DNA of 64,000 bases, from NCBI GenBank assembly GCA_036743455.1, contig DAINPM010000006.1, positions 11,187 to 75,186 of the forward strand, written 5' to 3'. How positions within the stretch are numbered: the first letter of the stretch is position 1; every line of letters begins with the position of its first letter. Positions 9,644 through 17,697 of this stretch are shown here, one piece after another. Source of the DNA: Bacteroidales bacterium (GTDB taxonomy: Bacteria > Bacteroidota > Bacteroidia > Bacteroidales > VadinHA17). The notes beneath the pieces are model-generated. The model was given only the letters and a program-made list of their open reading frames with translations, made no database searches and was not told the origin of the DNA. Both the position numbers and the translations under genes were made by a program.

Positions 9644-11314
9644 ATGAATAATAACAAATCACTAAAGGGAATATTGATATTGTTTCTTTCTGTTTTTTTT
9701 ATCAGCCTGGCCGGAGGCCAGAGTGCTTATATACCTCCGGATAAGCCCAAACTTGTCGTTGGGATAGTTGTTGAACAACTAAGGTACGATCAGCTTGAAA
9801 AGTTCCGTAACCGTTTCGGAGAAAACGGTATCAGAAAATTATTGAATGAGGGTACTTATTTTCAGAATGCATCATATAATTATATCCTCACTCAATCGGC
9901 ACCCGGCCATGCAACAATAGCTACAGGAGCAGAGCCTTCTGTTCATGGTATAACATCTGATGACTGGTATGTGCCGCTAAAAGATGAACTGATAAATTGC
10001 ACGCGGGATTTATCAGTTGCTCCCGTAGGTGGTAGTTTTGAATCAGGTTTTCATTCCCCGGTGAATCTGCATTCATCGACATTTTCTGATGAGCTGAAAA
10101 TGATGACTAATAAAAGAGCCAAGGTTTTTGCTGTCGGAATGAAAGAGAGTCCGGTTATTTTTTCTGCAGGGCATGCGGCTGATGCTGCTTACTGGTATGA
10201 TAACATTACCGGAACATGGATGTCAAGTACATATTTCACCGATTCTCTGCCTGGCTGGGTGCTCGATTTCAATGCAATGAAATATTCTGAAACATATCTG
10301 ACCAATACATGGGAATTATATAAATCAGATGCAGATTATTCCGACTGCCTTCCTGATACTAATTATCATGAAACGGGGTTTGATGGAATTAATTATTTCC
10401 CGTATGATATGAAGAAGATAAGTGCAAAGCGTAAAAGCAATGTTAACCGTGATTATTCGATGCTAAGGGAGATACCTTTGGGAAATACATTTACAACAGA
10501 TTTTGCCATCAGGCTGATAGAGAACGAAAGTATGGGGGAGGATGACATAACAGACTATATATCTATTTGTTATACTTCCACTGATTACATAGGTCACAGG
10601 TTTGGCCCGTCTTCAATGGAGATGGCCGATGCTATTTTGCGTCTGGACAAAGATATTGAGAATCTTCTTAGTTATCTGAATGACAATCTGGGGAAGAGGA
10701 ATATACTGATATATTTCACTTCTGCTCATGGTGTATCGGAAGTTCCGGGAGTTCTGGAAAATAACAGGATTCCCTCAGGTCATTTCAGACAAAATCAGGC
10801 GTTACAGCTTCTCCGGAGTTATCTTAATGCCTCATATGGAGAAGGGAACTGGATAAAAGGGTACACTGACAGACAGATATTTTTGAACAGGACTCTTATT
10901 GAGGATGCAAAACTATCTCTTGATGAAGTACAGAAGAAAGCAGCCAGGTTCATTGTACAATTTTCCGGTGTTGCCTCCGCATATCCTTATTCAGCTTTTG
11001 AGACGAATGAATTCAGTGGTGGTAATCTGAAGAAGATAATAAATAATTTCAGTCCCCAGCGATCGGGAGATGTTATAATAACGCTTAATTCAGGCTGGAT
11101 TGAAAAGGGGGATGAAAATTATGTTGCAGATCATGGTTCTCCTTATGAATACGATTCACATGTTCCTCTGATATGGTATGGATGGGCAGTAAACAAAGCA
11201 ACGGTGACACGAAAAGTGAATATGACTGATATAGCCCCTACGCTTTCATCATTATGCAAAGTTCCTGTTCCCAATGCGTGTACCGGAGAGCCTATGTTTG
11301 AGTTATTCAGGTAA
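9644..11314 (+). CDS. PafA-like alkaline phosphatase family protein with several substituted active-site residues
   Basis: KPKLVVGIVVEQLR, SAPGHATIATG, DYIGHRFGP and HGSPYEYDSHVPL. Confidence 0.88.
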   Translation: MNNNKSLKGILILFLSVFFISLAGGQSAYIPPDKPKLVVGIVVEQLRYDQLEKFRNRFGENGIRKLLNEGTYFQNASYNYILTQSAPGHATIATGAEPSVHGITSDDWYVPLKDELINCTRDLSVAPVGGSFESGFHSPVNLHSSTFSDELKMMTNKRAKVFAVGMKESPVIFSAGHAADAAYWYDNITGTWMSSTYFTDSLPGWVLDFNAMKYSETYLTNTWELYKSDADYSDCLPDTNYHETGFDGINYFPYDMKKISAKRKSNVNRDYSMLREIPLGNTFTTDFAIRLIENESMGEDDITDYISICYTSTDYIGHRFGPSSMEMADAILRLDKDIENLLSYLNDNLGKRNILIYFTSAHGVSEVPGVLENNRIPSGHFRQNQALQLLRSYLNASYGEGNWIKGYTDRQIFLNRTLIEDAKLSLDEVQKKAARFIVQFSGVASAYPYSAFETNEFSGGNLKKIINNFSPQRSGDVIITLNSGWIEKGDENYVADHGSPYEYDSHVPLIWYGWAVNKATVTRKVNMTDIAPTLSSLCKVPVPNACTGEPMFELFR

Positions 11315-11321
11315 TAATTTG

Positions 11322-12041
11322 TCAGGAAATGGTATCCCGGAGCCTGCAGGCTTCTGTTAAGAGTTTTGGATTCTCTTCGCAACCGTTACCCAGGATAATT
11401 AGATTGGCTCCCGCTTCAAATATTTTTGCTATTTCATCCTTATTCTTTATACCTCCGCCCACAGCAAGGGGTATGGATATTTCTTTTTTTACTGCTTTGA
11501 TCATTTCTATGGGTACGTGATTATCTGCCCCGCTTCCTGCTTCAAGATAAATCATTTTGAGACCAAGCATCTCGCCTGCAAGAGCTGTGGCTACCACAAT
11601 ATCTGTTTTGTCGGGAGGTATAGCTTCGGTCTGACTTATATATTCCACCGAGGTTTTTGAGCCGCAGCCAATGAGTATGTAGCCGACAGAAATGACTTTT
11701 TTCTTTATTCTCATCAGGTAGGGAGCAGCTGTTACATGATTTCCAATAAGCAGTTCAGGATTTCTTCCTGATATGAGAGAAAGGAGCAGAACCACATCGG
11801 CGTCATAACTCAGTTGCAGGAGATTGCCGGGAAAAAGAACGACAGGGAGTGAGCATAACTGTCTGACTGAATGGATCATTCTATCTATACTCCGGAACGT
11901 AAGACTGCCGCCTGCCATTATATAATCTGTCCTGGCTTCAACGGCTGCCTTAATTTTTGCAGGCAGAGTTTTTTCATTAACCTTATCGGGATCGAGCAGG
12001 AGAGCAACACTTCTTCTCCCCGGAAAGTTTTGTGTCTTCAT
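11322..12041 (-). CDS. pcrB: Geranylgeranylglyceryl/heptaprenylglyceryl phosphate synthase (group II)
   Basis: LLDPDK, VVLFPG, LSLISGRNPELLIG, YLEAGSGA and VGGGIK. Start placed at the ATG at 12041 (MKTQNF). Confidence 0.9.
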   Translation of the reverse strand: MKTQNFPGRRSVALLLDPDKVNEKTLPAKIKAAVEARTDYIMAGGSLTFRSIDRMIHSVRQLCSLPVVLFPGNLLQLSYDADVVLLLSLISGRNPELLIGNHVTAAPYLMRIKKKVISVGYILIGCGSKTSVEYISQTEAIPPDKTDIVVATALAGEMLGLKMIYLEAGSGADNHVPIEMIKAVKKEISIPLAVGGGIKNKDEIAKIFEAGANLIILGNGCEENPKLLTEACRLRDTIS

Positions 12042-12675
12042 AGTTCTTTTTTGTCCACACAATGGCATAATTATCATATCTGGAGTAATTAAGGTCAAAA
12101 GACTCATCCAGATTTCTTGTTTTGACCTTACCCCTGAATTCTCCGCTTTCTTCTACAACAAAGGGTTCTATAGTGATGTTATTCCTTATCCTTATACCTT
12201 CTTTGTCACATATCTTGTACAGAGATTCTTTTGCACACCAATGCAGATACAGATGGTATTTTCTTTTTTCCGGATCTCTGGTAATTTTTTCCCTGCGGTT
12301 AAGAAACTTAAAGGCAATAGCCCCTATGTTTGATCCCATATATTCAAGATCAATACCCACTCTTTCATTGGTGCTGCAAATAATGGCTGTTAATTTTTGG
12401 GAATGGGAGATGCTGATAAAACGAGATCCATTCTTAAGAAAGGGTTTGTTGTTTTTATTGTACACTATTTTTGCTTCTTCCCCCAACAGCTCTGCCAACA
12501 GGGCTCTTACACTAAGAAACTCAAGTTTGCGTGATGTACTGGCAAAAACCCTGTAACGCTTGTTCTCGTCAGGATCAAGATTTACCATTTCCATGAGTGT
12601 TTTTATATCCTCTTCGATCTTCCATACTCCGAGTATAGTTGAGTCGTTAAGGTAATGTTTTGTAATACAGCCCAT
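11983..12675 (-). CDS. 4'-phosphopantetheinyl transferase (Sfp-type)
   Basis: LGVWKIEE, ISISHS, GIDLE and WCAKESLYK. Confidence 0.9.
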   Translation of the reverse strand: MGCITKHYLNDSTILGVWKIEEDIKTLMEMVNLDPDENKRYRVFASTSRKLEFLSVRALLAELLGEEAKIVYNKNNKPFLKNGSRFISISHSQKLTAIICSTNERVGIDLEYMGSNIGAIAFKFLNRREKITRDPEKRKYHLYLHWCAKESLYKICDKEGIRIRNNITIEPFVVEESGEFRGKVKTRNLDESFDLNYSRYDNYAIVWTKKNYEDTKLSGEKKCCSPARSR

Positions 12676-12693
12676 TATAAAAGTCGTATTATT

Positions 12694-13287
12694 TTATTCC
12701 CATTTCAGGGTTTCAATCATGTGTACAATGTCCTGCCTGAAAAAATCTATTACCGGTGCAAGAGAATCAGGGTTTGGTTCTGAAGAAAAATAAAGAGAAC
12801 CTCTTAGAAAGTGATTAACGCTGTCTGTGACAAAAAACTGTACTGCAGTGGCAGTATTCCCTTTCAAATCGTATAATATCCCGAAGACTTTTTTATCAGT
12901 GTTATATATCAATTCTTCATTTATTGCATCAGCTTTGGTAATATGGTTTTTAACATTCATCCTGTAAGTTTGTTCTATGAGGCTTGCAAGATCTCCCTGT
13001 ACCGCTTTGTAAGTAAGATAAATTCTGGCCTTATATGCCGGTATATTGATATTAAACCATCCTTGTTCCATATTGTCAGGCTCATAAGCTATTTCGCCGT
13101 AGGCCGGATATTCAAATGTCAGGGGCAGGTAGTCATGCTGCCTGATGATGGTATTATTAAAATGCACATATTCCTTTTCCGGAAGATCGATACGGAAATA
13201 TCCCCGGGGTTTTGGAACCGGTGTTTCCCTGCAGGCATAAAAAGAAAAGATAATAAAAAGGAATATTATAATTTTATTCTTTTTCAA
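12694..13287 (-). CDS. gldD: Gliding-motility lipoprotein GldD
   Basis: Lipobox YAC, then PVPKPRGYFRIDLP, GNTATAVQFFVTDS..HFLRGSLYF and PNPDSLAPV. Confidence 0.92.
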   Translation of the reverse strand: MKKNKIIIFLFIIFSFYACRETPVPKPRGYFRIDLPEKEYVHFNNTIIRQHDYLPLTFEYPAYGEIAYEPDNMEQGWFNINIPAYKARIYLTYKAVQGDLASLIEQTYRMNVKNHITKADAINEELIYNTDKKVFGILYDLKGNTATAVQFFVTDSVNHFLRGSLYFSSEPNPDSLAPVIDFFRQDIVHMIETLKWE

Positions 13288-14617
13288 GATGCACTTCCTC
13301 CCTGTTTATTTCCACACGTATTTCTTTTATTCTTCTTTTATCAGCTGATTCAATTGTAAAGGTAAAAATACCGAACTGGATTACCTGGTTTTTCTTTGGT
13401 ATTTCACCTGTTAGTTCAAGAATTAAACCAGCCAGAGTCTCAGATTCTCCTTTGGCAATATCGAATAAATCTTCATCAATATTCAGCAGTTTTTCAAAGT
13501 CGTTCAAAAGGATTTTGCCCTGAAAAACATAGGTGTTATCGTTTATTTTTCTGTATAATATTTCATCGTCGTCACTCTCATCTGTTATCTCTCCGACAAT
13601 TTCCTCAAGGATATCTTCAAGAGTAATGATCCCGGATGTTCCACCATATTCGTCAATTACCACTGCCAAATGTATTTTATTTTGCTGGAACTCTTTCAGC
13701 AGTTCATTTATTTTCTTCGTTTCAGGTACAAAATACGGGGGTCTGAGAAGAGTCTGCCATCTGAAGTTGTCGTCTTTTTGCATATGTGGGAGAACATCTT
13801 TTGCATAGAGTATCCCCTTTACATTGTCAAATGATCCTGAGTACACAGGGATTCTTGAGAAACCGGAATCAATGATTATGGGTATTATCTGACTGAAAGC
13901 TGATTTGATGTCGACAGCTGTAACATCTATTCTCGGGCACATAATAGCATTGACATTGATATTGCCGAAGTTCACAATCCCTTTCAGTATTTTTTTATCT
14001 TCATCCAGTTCGTTGGTTGTCAGTTTGAGAGCATCAGAAAGATCATCAAGGCTTATTTCCTGTTTTCTGTTTTTTGTTCTTTTTTTCACGAAGGATGTAG
14101 ACACGATGAGGATGGATGTAACCGGATTCAGTATTTTTATCATCCATTTGAGGGGGTAAGCCATTCTCTGGGCGAATGTCAGATTGTTTCTTGAAGCAAA
14201 TACTTTTGGTAATATCTCGCCGAAGAAAAGAAGGATAAAAGTAATTACGACAGCTTCAACAATGAAGCCTAATACAGGGGTGGCACTAAAATCAAACAAT
14301 CTTGTACTAAGGAAGGCGGACAGCAGTACAATAGTTACATTTATTGTATTATTTGCTACAAGTATAGTGCTGAGTAATTTATCCGGTATCCGGAGCAGTT
14401 CGGTGACTATTTGTTCTTTTGTGTTTCTGCTGTTCCTGAGTTTTTCCATATCCTCCGGTCGCAGAGAAAAATAAGCCACTTCAGAACCGGAAACCATACC
14501 TGATGCCAGTAAAAGCAAAACCAGTATTACAAACCCTGCTATCATGCTGGTATTAACAGGATTAACAACAATGGCTGAATGAATTACGTTAAAATATAAT
14601 GAATAAACCGCTCCCAA
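13274..14617 (-). CDS. gldE: GldE, CNNM/CBS-domain hemolysin-like protein
   Basis: SGSEVAYFSL, LFFGEILPK, CBS pair, VIDEYGGTSG and CorC C-terminus; adjacent to gldD. Confidence 0.9.
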   Translation of the reverse strand: MGAVYSLYFNVIHSAIVVNPVNTSMIAGFVILVLLLLASGMVSGSEVAYFSLRPEDMEKLRNSRNTKEQIVTELLRIPDKLLSTILVANNTINVTIVLLSAFLSTRLFDFSATPVLGFIVEAVVITFILLFFGEILPKVFASRNNLTFAQRMAYPLKWMIKILNPVTSILIVSTSFVKKRTKNRKQEISLDDLSDALKLTTNELDEDKKILKGIVNFGNINVNAIMCPRIDVTAVDIKSAFSQIIPIIIDSGFSRIPVYSGSFDNVKGILYAKDVLPHMQKDDNFRWQTLLRPPYFVPETKKINELLKEFQQNKIHLAVVIDEYGGTSGIITLEDILEEIVGEITDESDDDEILYRKINDNTYVFQGKILLNDFEKLLNIDEDLFDIAKGESETLAGLILELTGEIPKKNQVIQFGIFTFTIESADKRRIKEIRVEINREEVHLEKE

Positions 14618-14640
14618 CTGAAAATCATTTAATGAAAAAA

Positions 14641-15201
14641 TTAGAATGGCAGATCATCTTCACTCTGATTCACGGCGGGGTCATCGTCAGTAAATGTTCC
14701 TCCGGATTCTGAATCATTGCTGATGGGATTCTCTTTATCACTCCAGTTCTTATTGCCCGTGTCAGATACGGATTCATATTGTGAGCCAGGTTCATTTATC
14801 CGGCCGGGAGATCCTGTTTTGTCTCCCTCATTTGTGCCGGAGGATTCCGATTGGGAATAATTGTTTTGTGATGGTTTTTTATCGAGCACCATTATGGTAT
14901 CGGCAAGGATCTCAGTAATGTATTTATTATTACCATCTTTATCGACATAAGATCTTGTCTTTATTTTTCCCACAAGGTAAACCTGGCTGCCTTTCTTTAC
15001 TGTTTTCTCTGCAACTTCGGCAAGAGCTCTCCATAGTACTATATTATGCCATTCAGTGGTTGTTATCGTCTCTCCCTGCTGGTTAGTATATACTTCACTC
15101 GTTGCCAAAGGGAAGGATGCTTTTGCAACTCCCTTGTCAAAATACCTTACAACCGGATCTTTTCCGACATTGCCGACAAGAATTACTTTATTGATTGACA
15201 T
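14641..15201 (-). CDS. ssb: Single-stranded DNA-binding protein
   Basis: MSINKVILVGNVGKDP, TEWHNIVLW and acidic tip DDLPF. Confidence 0.97.
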   Translation of the reverse strand: MSINKVILVGNVGKDPVVRYFDKGVAKASFPLATSEVYTNQQGETITTTEWHNIVLWRALAEVAEKTVKKGSQVYLVGKIKTRSYVDKDGNNKYITEILADTIMVLDKKPSQNNYSQSESSGTNEGDKTGSPGRINEPGSQYESVSDTGNKNWSDKENPISNDSESGGTFTDDDPAVNQSEDDLPF

Positions 15202-15448
15202 ACAGTTATCTAATTACTGGTTATAGGTAATTATAAGGATGTAAAGTTAAGAAAAAAAACACTTTATACAATTGTTATATTATTAAAAGGTATATCATAA
15301 CAGATTCCATGAGATAAAAAAGAGGAACTGAATAAGCATGCTGGTTTGGATGTCAGAGTTTAAAATTGTTTCTCGCCGGGTACTATTCTGATATACTGTT
15401 GTAATTAAGTCAATAATAAAATATTATAAAAAAATTTATATCTATCTG

Positions 15449-15481
15449 TTTGAATTTTAATAAATAATATTTCTATATTTG
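15449..15481 (+). promoter_or_regulatory. Sigma-A promoter of HU: TTTG-N21-TATATTTG
   Basis: -33 element at 15449-15452 and -7 element at 15474-15481. Confidence 0.65.
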
Positions 15482-15538
15482 CAGGGTTGAAAAAAAGAAT
15501 ACTCAAAATAATTTGTTGAATTTTAAACTTCAGGAAAA

Positions 15539-15826
15539 ATGACTAAAGCAGACATTGTTAATGAAATTGCCAAAAGCACTGGTATAGAAAAGGTAACTGT
15601 ACAAAGAACTGTTGAGGCCCTCATGGAAACTGTAAAGCAATCGATGGTAGCTGGTAATAATGTTTATCTGAGAGGTTTCGGGAGCTTTATTGTAAAGAAG
15701 AGAGCCAAGAAAACTGCAAGAAATATATCAAAGAACACAACTATTATTATTCCTGCTCACAATATTCCGGCTTTTAAACCAGCCAAATCCTTTATAAATA
15801 AAGTTAAGACCAACACAAAGAAATAG
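15539..15826 (+). CDS. hup: HU family DNA-binding protein
   Basis: MTKADIVNEIA..VYLRGFGSF.VKKRA.KTARNISK..IPAFKPA. Confidence 0.96.
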   Translation: MTKADIVNEIAKSTGIEKVTVQRTVEALMETVKQSMVAGNNVYLRGFGSFIVKKRAKKTARNISKNTTIIIPAHNIPAFKPAKSFINKVKTNTKK

Positions 15827-15835
15827 TTACTTTAT

Positions 15836-15925
15836 ATGCCAAGCGGAAAAAAAAGAAAAAGACATAAGATGGCCACACACAAACGTAAAAAACGTTTGCG
15901 TAAGAACAGACATAAGAAGAAATAG
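15836..15925 (+). CDS. 29-aa basic ribosomal protein bS22-like (AURKAIP1/COX24 domain); not in the ORF track
   Basis: Hand translation gives MPSGKKRKRHKMATHKRKKRLRKNRHKKK*. It starts 9 nt after the HU stop. Confidence 0.88.
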   Translation: MPSGKKRKRHKMATHKRKKRLRKNRHKKK

Positions 15926-15958
15926 AATTTCACTTTGTGGTCTTATACTAAACAAATT

Positions 15959-15988
15959 AAACCTAAAGGTCCGGTGATCTTTAGGTTT
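15959..15988 (+). terminator. Stem-loop after the HU/bS22 genes
   Basis: AAACCTAAAG ... CTTTAGGTTT is a perfect 10-bp inverted repeat, followed by a GT-rich tail. Confidence 0.55.
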
Positions 15989-16033
15989 GTTGTATATGGG
16001 TGAATGAATTAATTGAAGGTATATTTACACTGA

Positions 16034-17605
16034 TTGATATCGGAAGTGGTAAACAAGGATCTGATTATTGATGTTGGAGATTCCGAGGTTTCTTTGGCAT
16101 TGCTTGAAGACAGGCAACTGATTGAGCTCAACAAGGAGCAGCAAAACATAAGGTATTCAGTAGGAGATATTTATCTTGGCAAAGTAAAAAAAATAATGCC
16201 GGGGTTAAATGCTGCTTTTGTAAATGTCGGATATGAGCGGGATGCTTTTTTGCACTATCTTGATCTTGGGGCTCAGTTCAGGACACAACAGAAGTATTAT
16301 CTTTCTGCACTCCAGAAACAGGGGAGGATGACCTCCATACACAAATTTAAATCTGAACCTGATATAGATAAGGACGGTAAGATAACGGATGTCCTTACCC
16401 AGGGGCAGACTGTTATTGTGCAGATAACCAAGGAACCCATTTCAACAAAAGGTCCCCGCCTGTCATCAGAGATATCTATTGCCGGAAGGAATCTTGTGCT
16501 GATGCCTTTTTCAGATAAAGTATCCGTCTCTTCGAAAATTGAAAGCACAGAGGAGAAAAACCGGCTTAAGACCTTGATGCATAGTATCAAGCCAAAAAAT
16601 TACGGAGTGATTGTCAGAACAGCTGCTGAAGGTAAAAAAGTTGCAGTTCTGGATGTTGAATTACGGGAACTGATAAAGAAATGGGAAACAGCTTTCGCTT
16701 CTGTAAAGAAAGAGATAAAGACTCCCAGACTCTTTATCGGAGAGATGAACCGGACTACAACAATGATACGGGATATGCTTAATGTAACCTTTAACAGCAT
16801 ATATATAAATGATCAATCTCTGGCCGATGAAGTGAGGCAGTATATCAGGGAAATTGCTCCCGAAAAGGCAAAAATAGTAAAACTATATAACGGGACTATT
16901 CCCATTTTTGATCATTTCGGTATAAATAAGCAGATAAAAGCCCTTTTCGGTAAAACGGTATCCTTCCGTCATGGAGCCTATCTGATTATTGATCATACCG
17001 AAGCCCTTCATGTAATCGATGTAAACAGCGGAAACCGTTCAAGAACAGGTAATGATCAGGAATCAAATGCCCTCGAGGTCAATATGGAAGCTGCCACGGA
17101 AATAGCACGGCAGTTGAGACTAAGAGATATGGGAGGGATTATTGTAATCGATTTTATCGATATGCTGTCGACTGAAAATAAACAGATACTGTACGACAGG
17201 ATGAAAGACCTGATGGCCGGCGACAGAACAAAACACAATATTCTTCCTTTAACAAAGTTCGGACTGATGCAGATAACCCGTCAGAGAGTCAGACCCGAAA
17301 TGAAAATAGTGACAAATGAAAAATGCCCGGCATGCCAGGGGTCAGGTGAAGTTAAACCAACAATACTCTTTACTGATGAACTGGAAAAAAACCTCGCTTT
17401 TATTGTTGATAAGATAAAAACAAAAAAAATCATTCTGAATGTTCATCCCTTTGTTGCTTCTTTTCTGAAAAAAGGTTTCATCCCTTTGTTCAGAAAGTGG
17501 AACTTTAAATACAAAATAAACCTTAAAGTTCAGCCTGTTACATCCTATCACATGTTGGAATACCATTTTTACGACCGTTTCAATAATGAAATAGACCTTA
17601 CATGA
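16034..17605 (+). CDS. rng: Ribonuclease E/G family
   Basis: GDIYLGKVKKIMPGLNAAFV, KEPISTKGPRL, VIDVNSG and LRDMGGIIVIDFIDM. Confidence 0.95.
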   Translation: MISEVVNKDLIIDVGDSEVSLALLEDRQLIELNKEQQNIRYSVGDIYLGKVKKIMPGLNAAFVNVGYERDAFLHYLDLGAQFRTQQKYYLSALQKQGRMTSIHKFKSEPDIDKDGKITDVLTQGQTVIVQITKEPISTKGPRLSSEISIAGRNLVLMPFSDKVSVSSKIESTEEKNRLKTLMHSIKPKNYGVIVRTAAEGKKVAVLDVELRELIKKWETAFASVKKEIKTPRLFIGEMNRTTTMIRDMLNVTFNSIYINDQSLADEVRQYIREIAPEKAKIVKLYNGTIPIFDHFGINKQIKALFGKTVSFRHGAYLIIDHTEALHVIDVNSGNRSRTGNDQESNALEVNMEAATEIARQLRLRDMGGIIVIDFIDMLSTENKQILYDRMKDLMAGDRTKHNILPLTKFGLMQITRQRVRPEMKIVTNEKCPACQGSGEVKPTILFTDELEKNLAFIVDKIKTKKIILNVHPFVASFLKKGFIPLFRKWNFKYKINLKVQPVTSYHMLEYHFYDRFNNEIDLT

Positions 17606-17697
17606 TATTTATTTATCTGTATTGATGTCATGAACATTTTCTCTGAAGTGTTGTTTTATTTTTTGTCAAATGCAGATCCAGTAAAAAAAAAAAGGTA

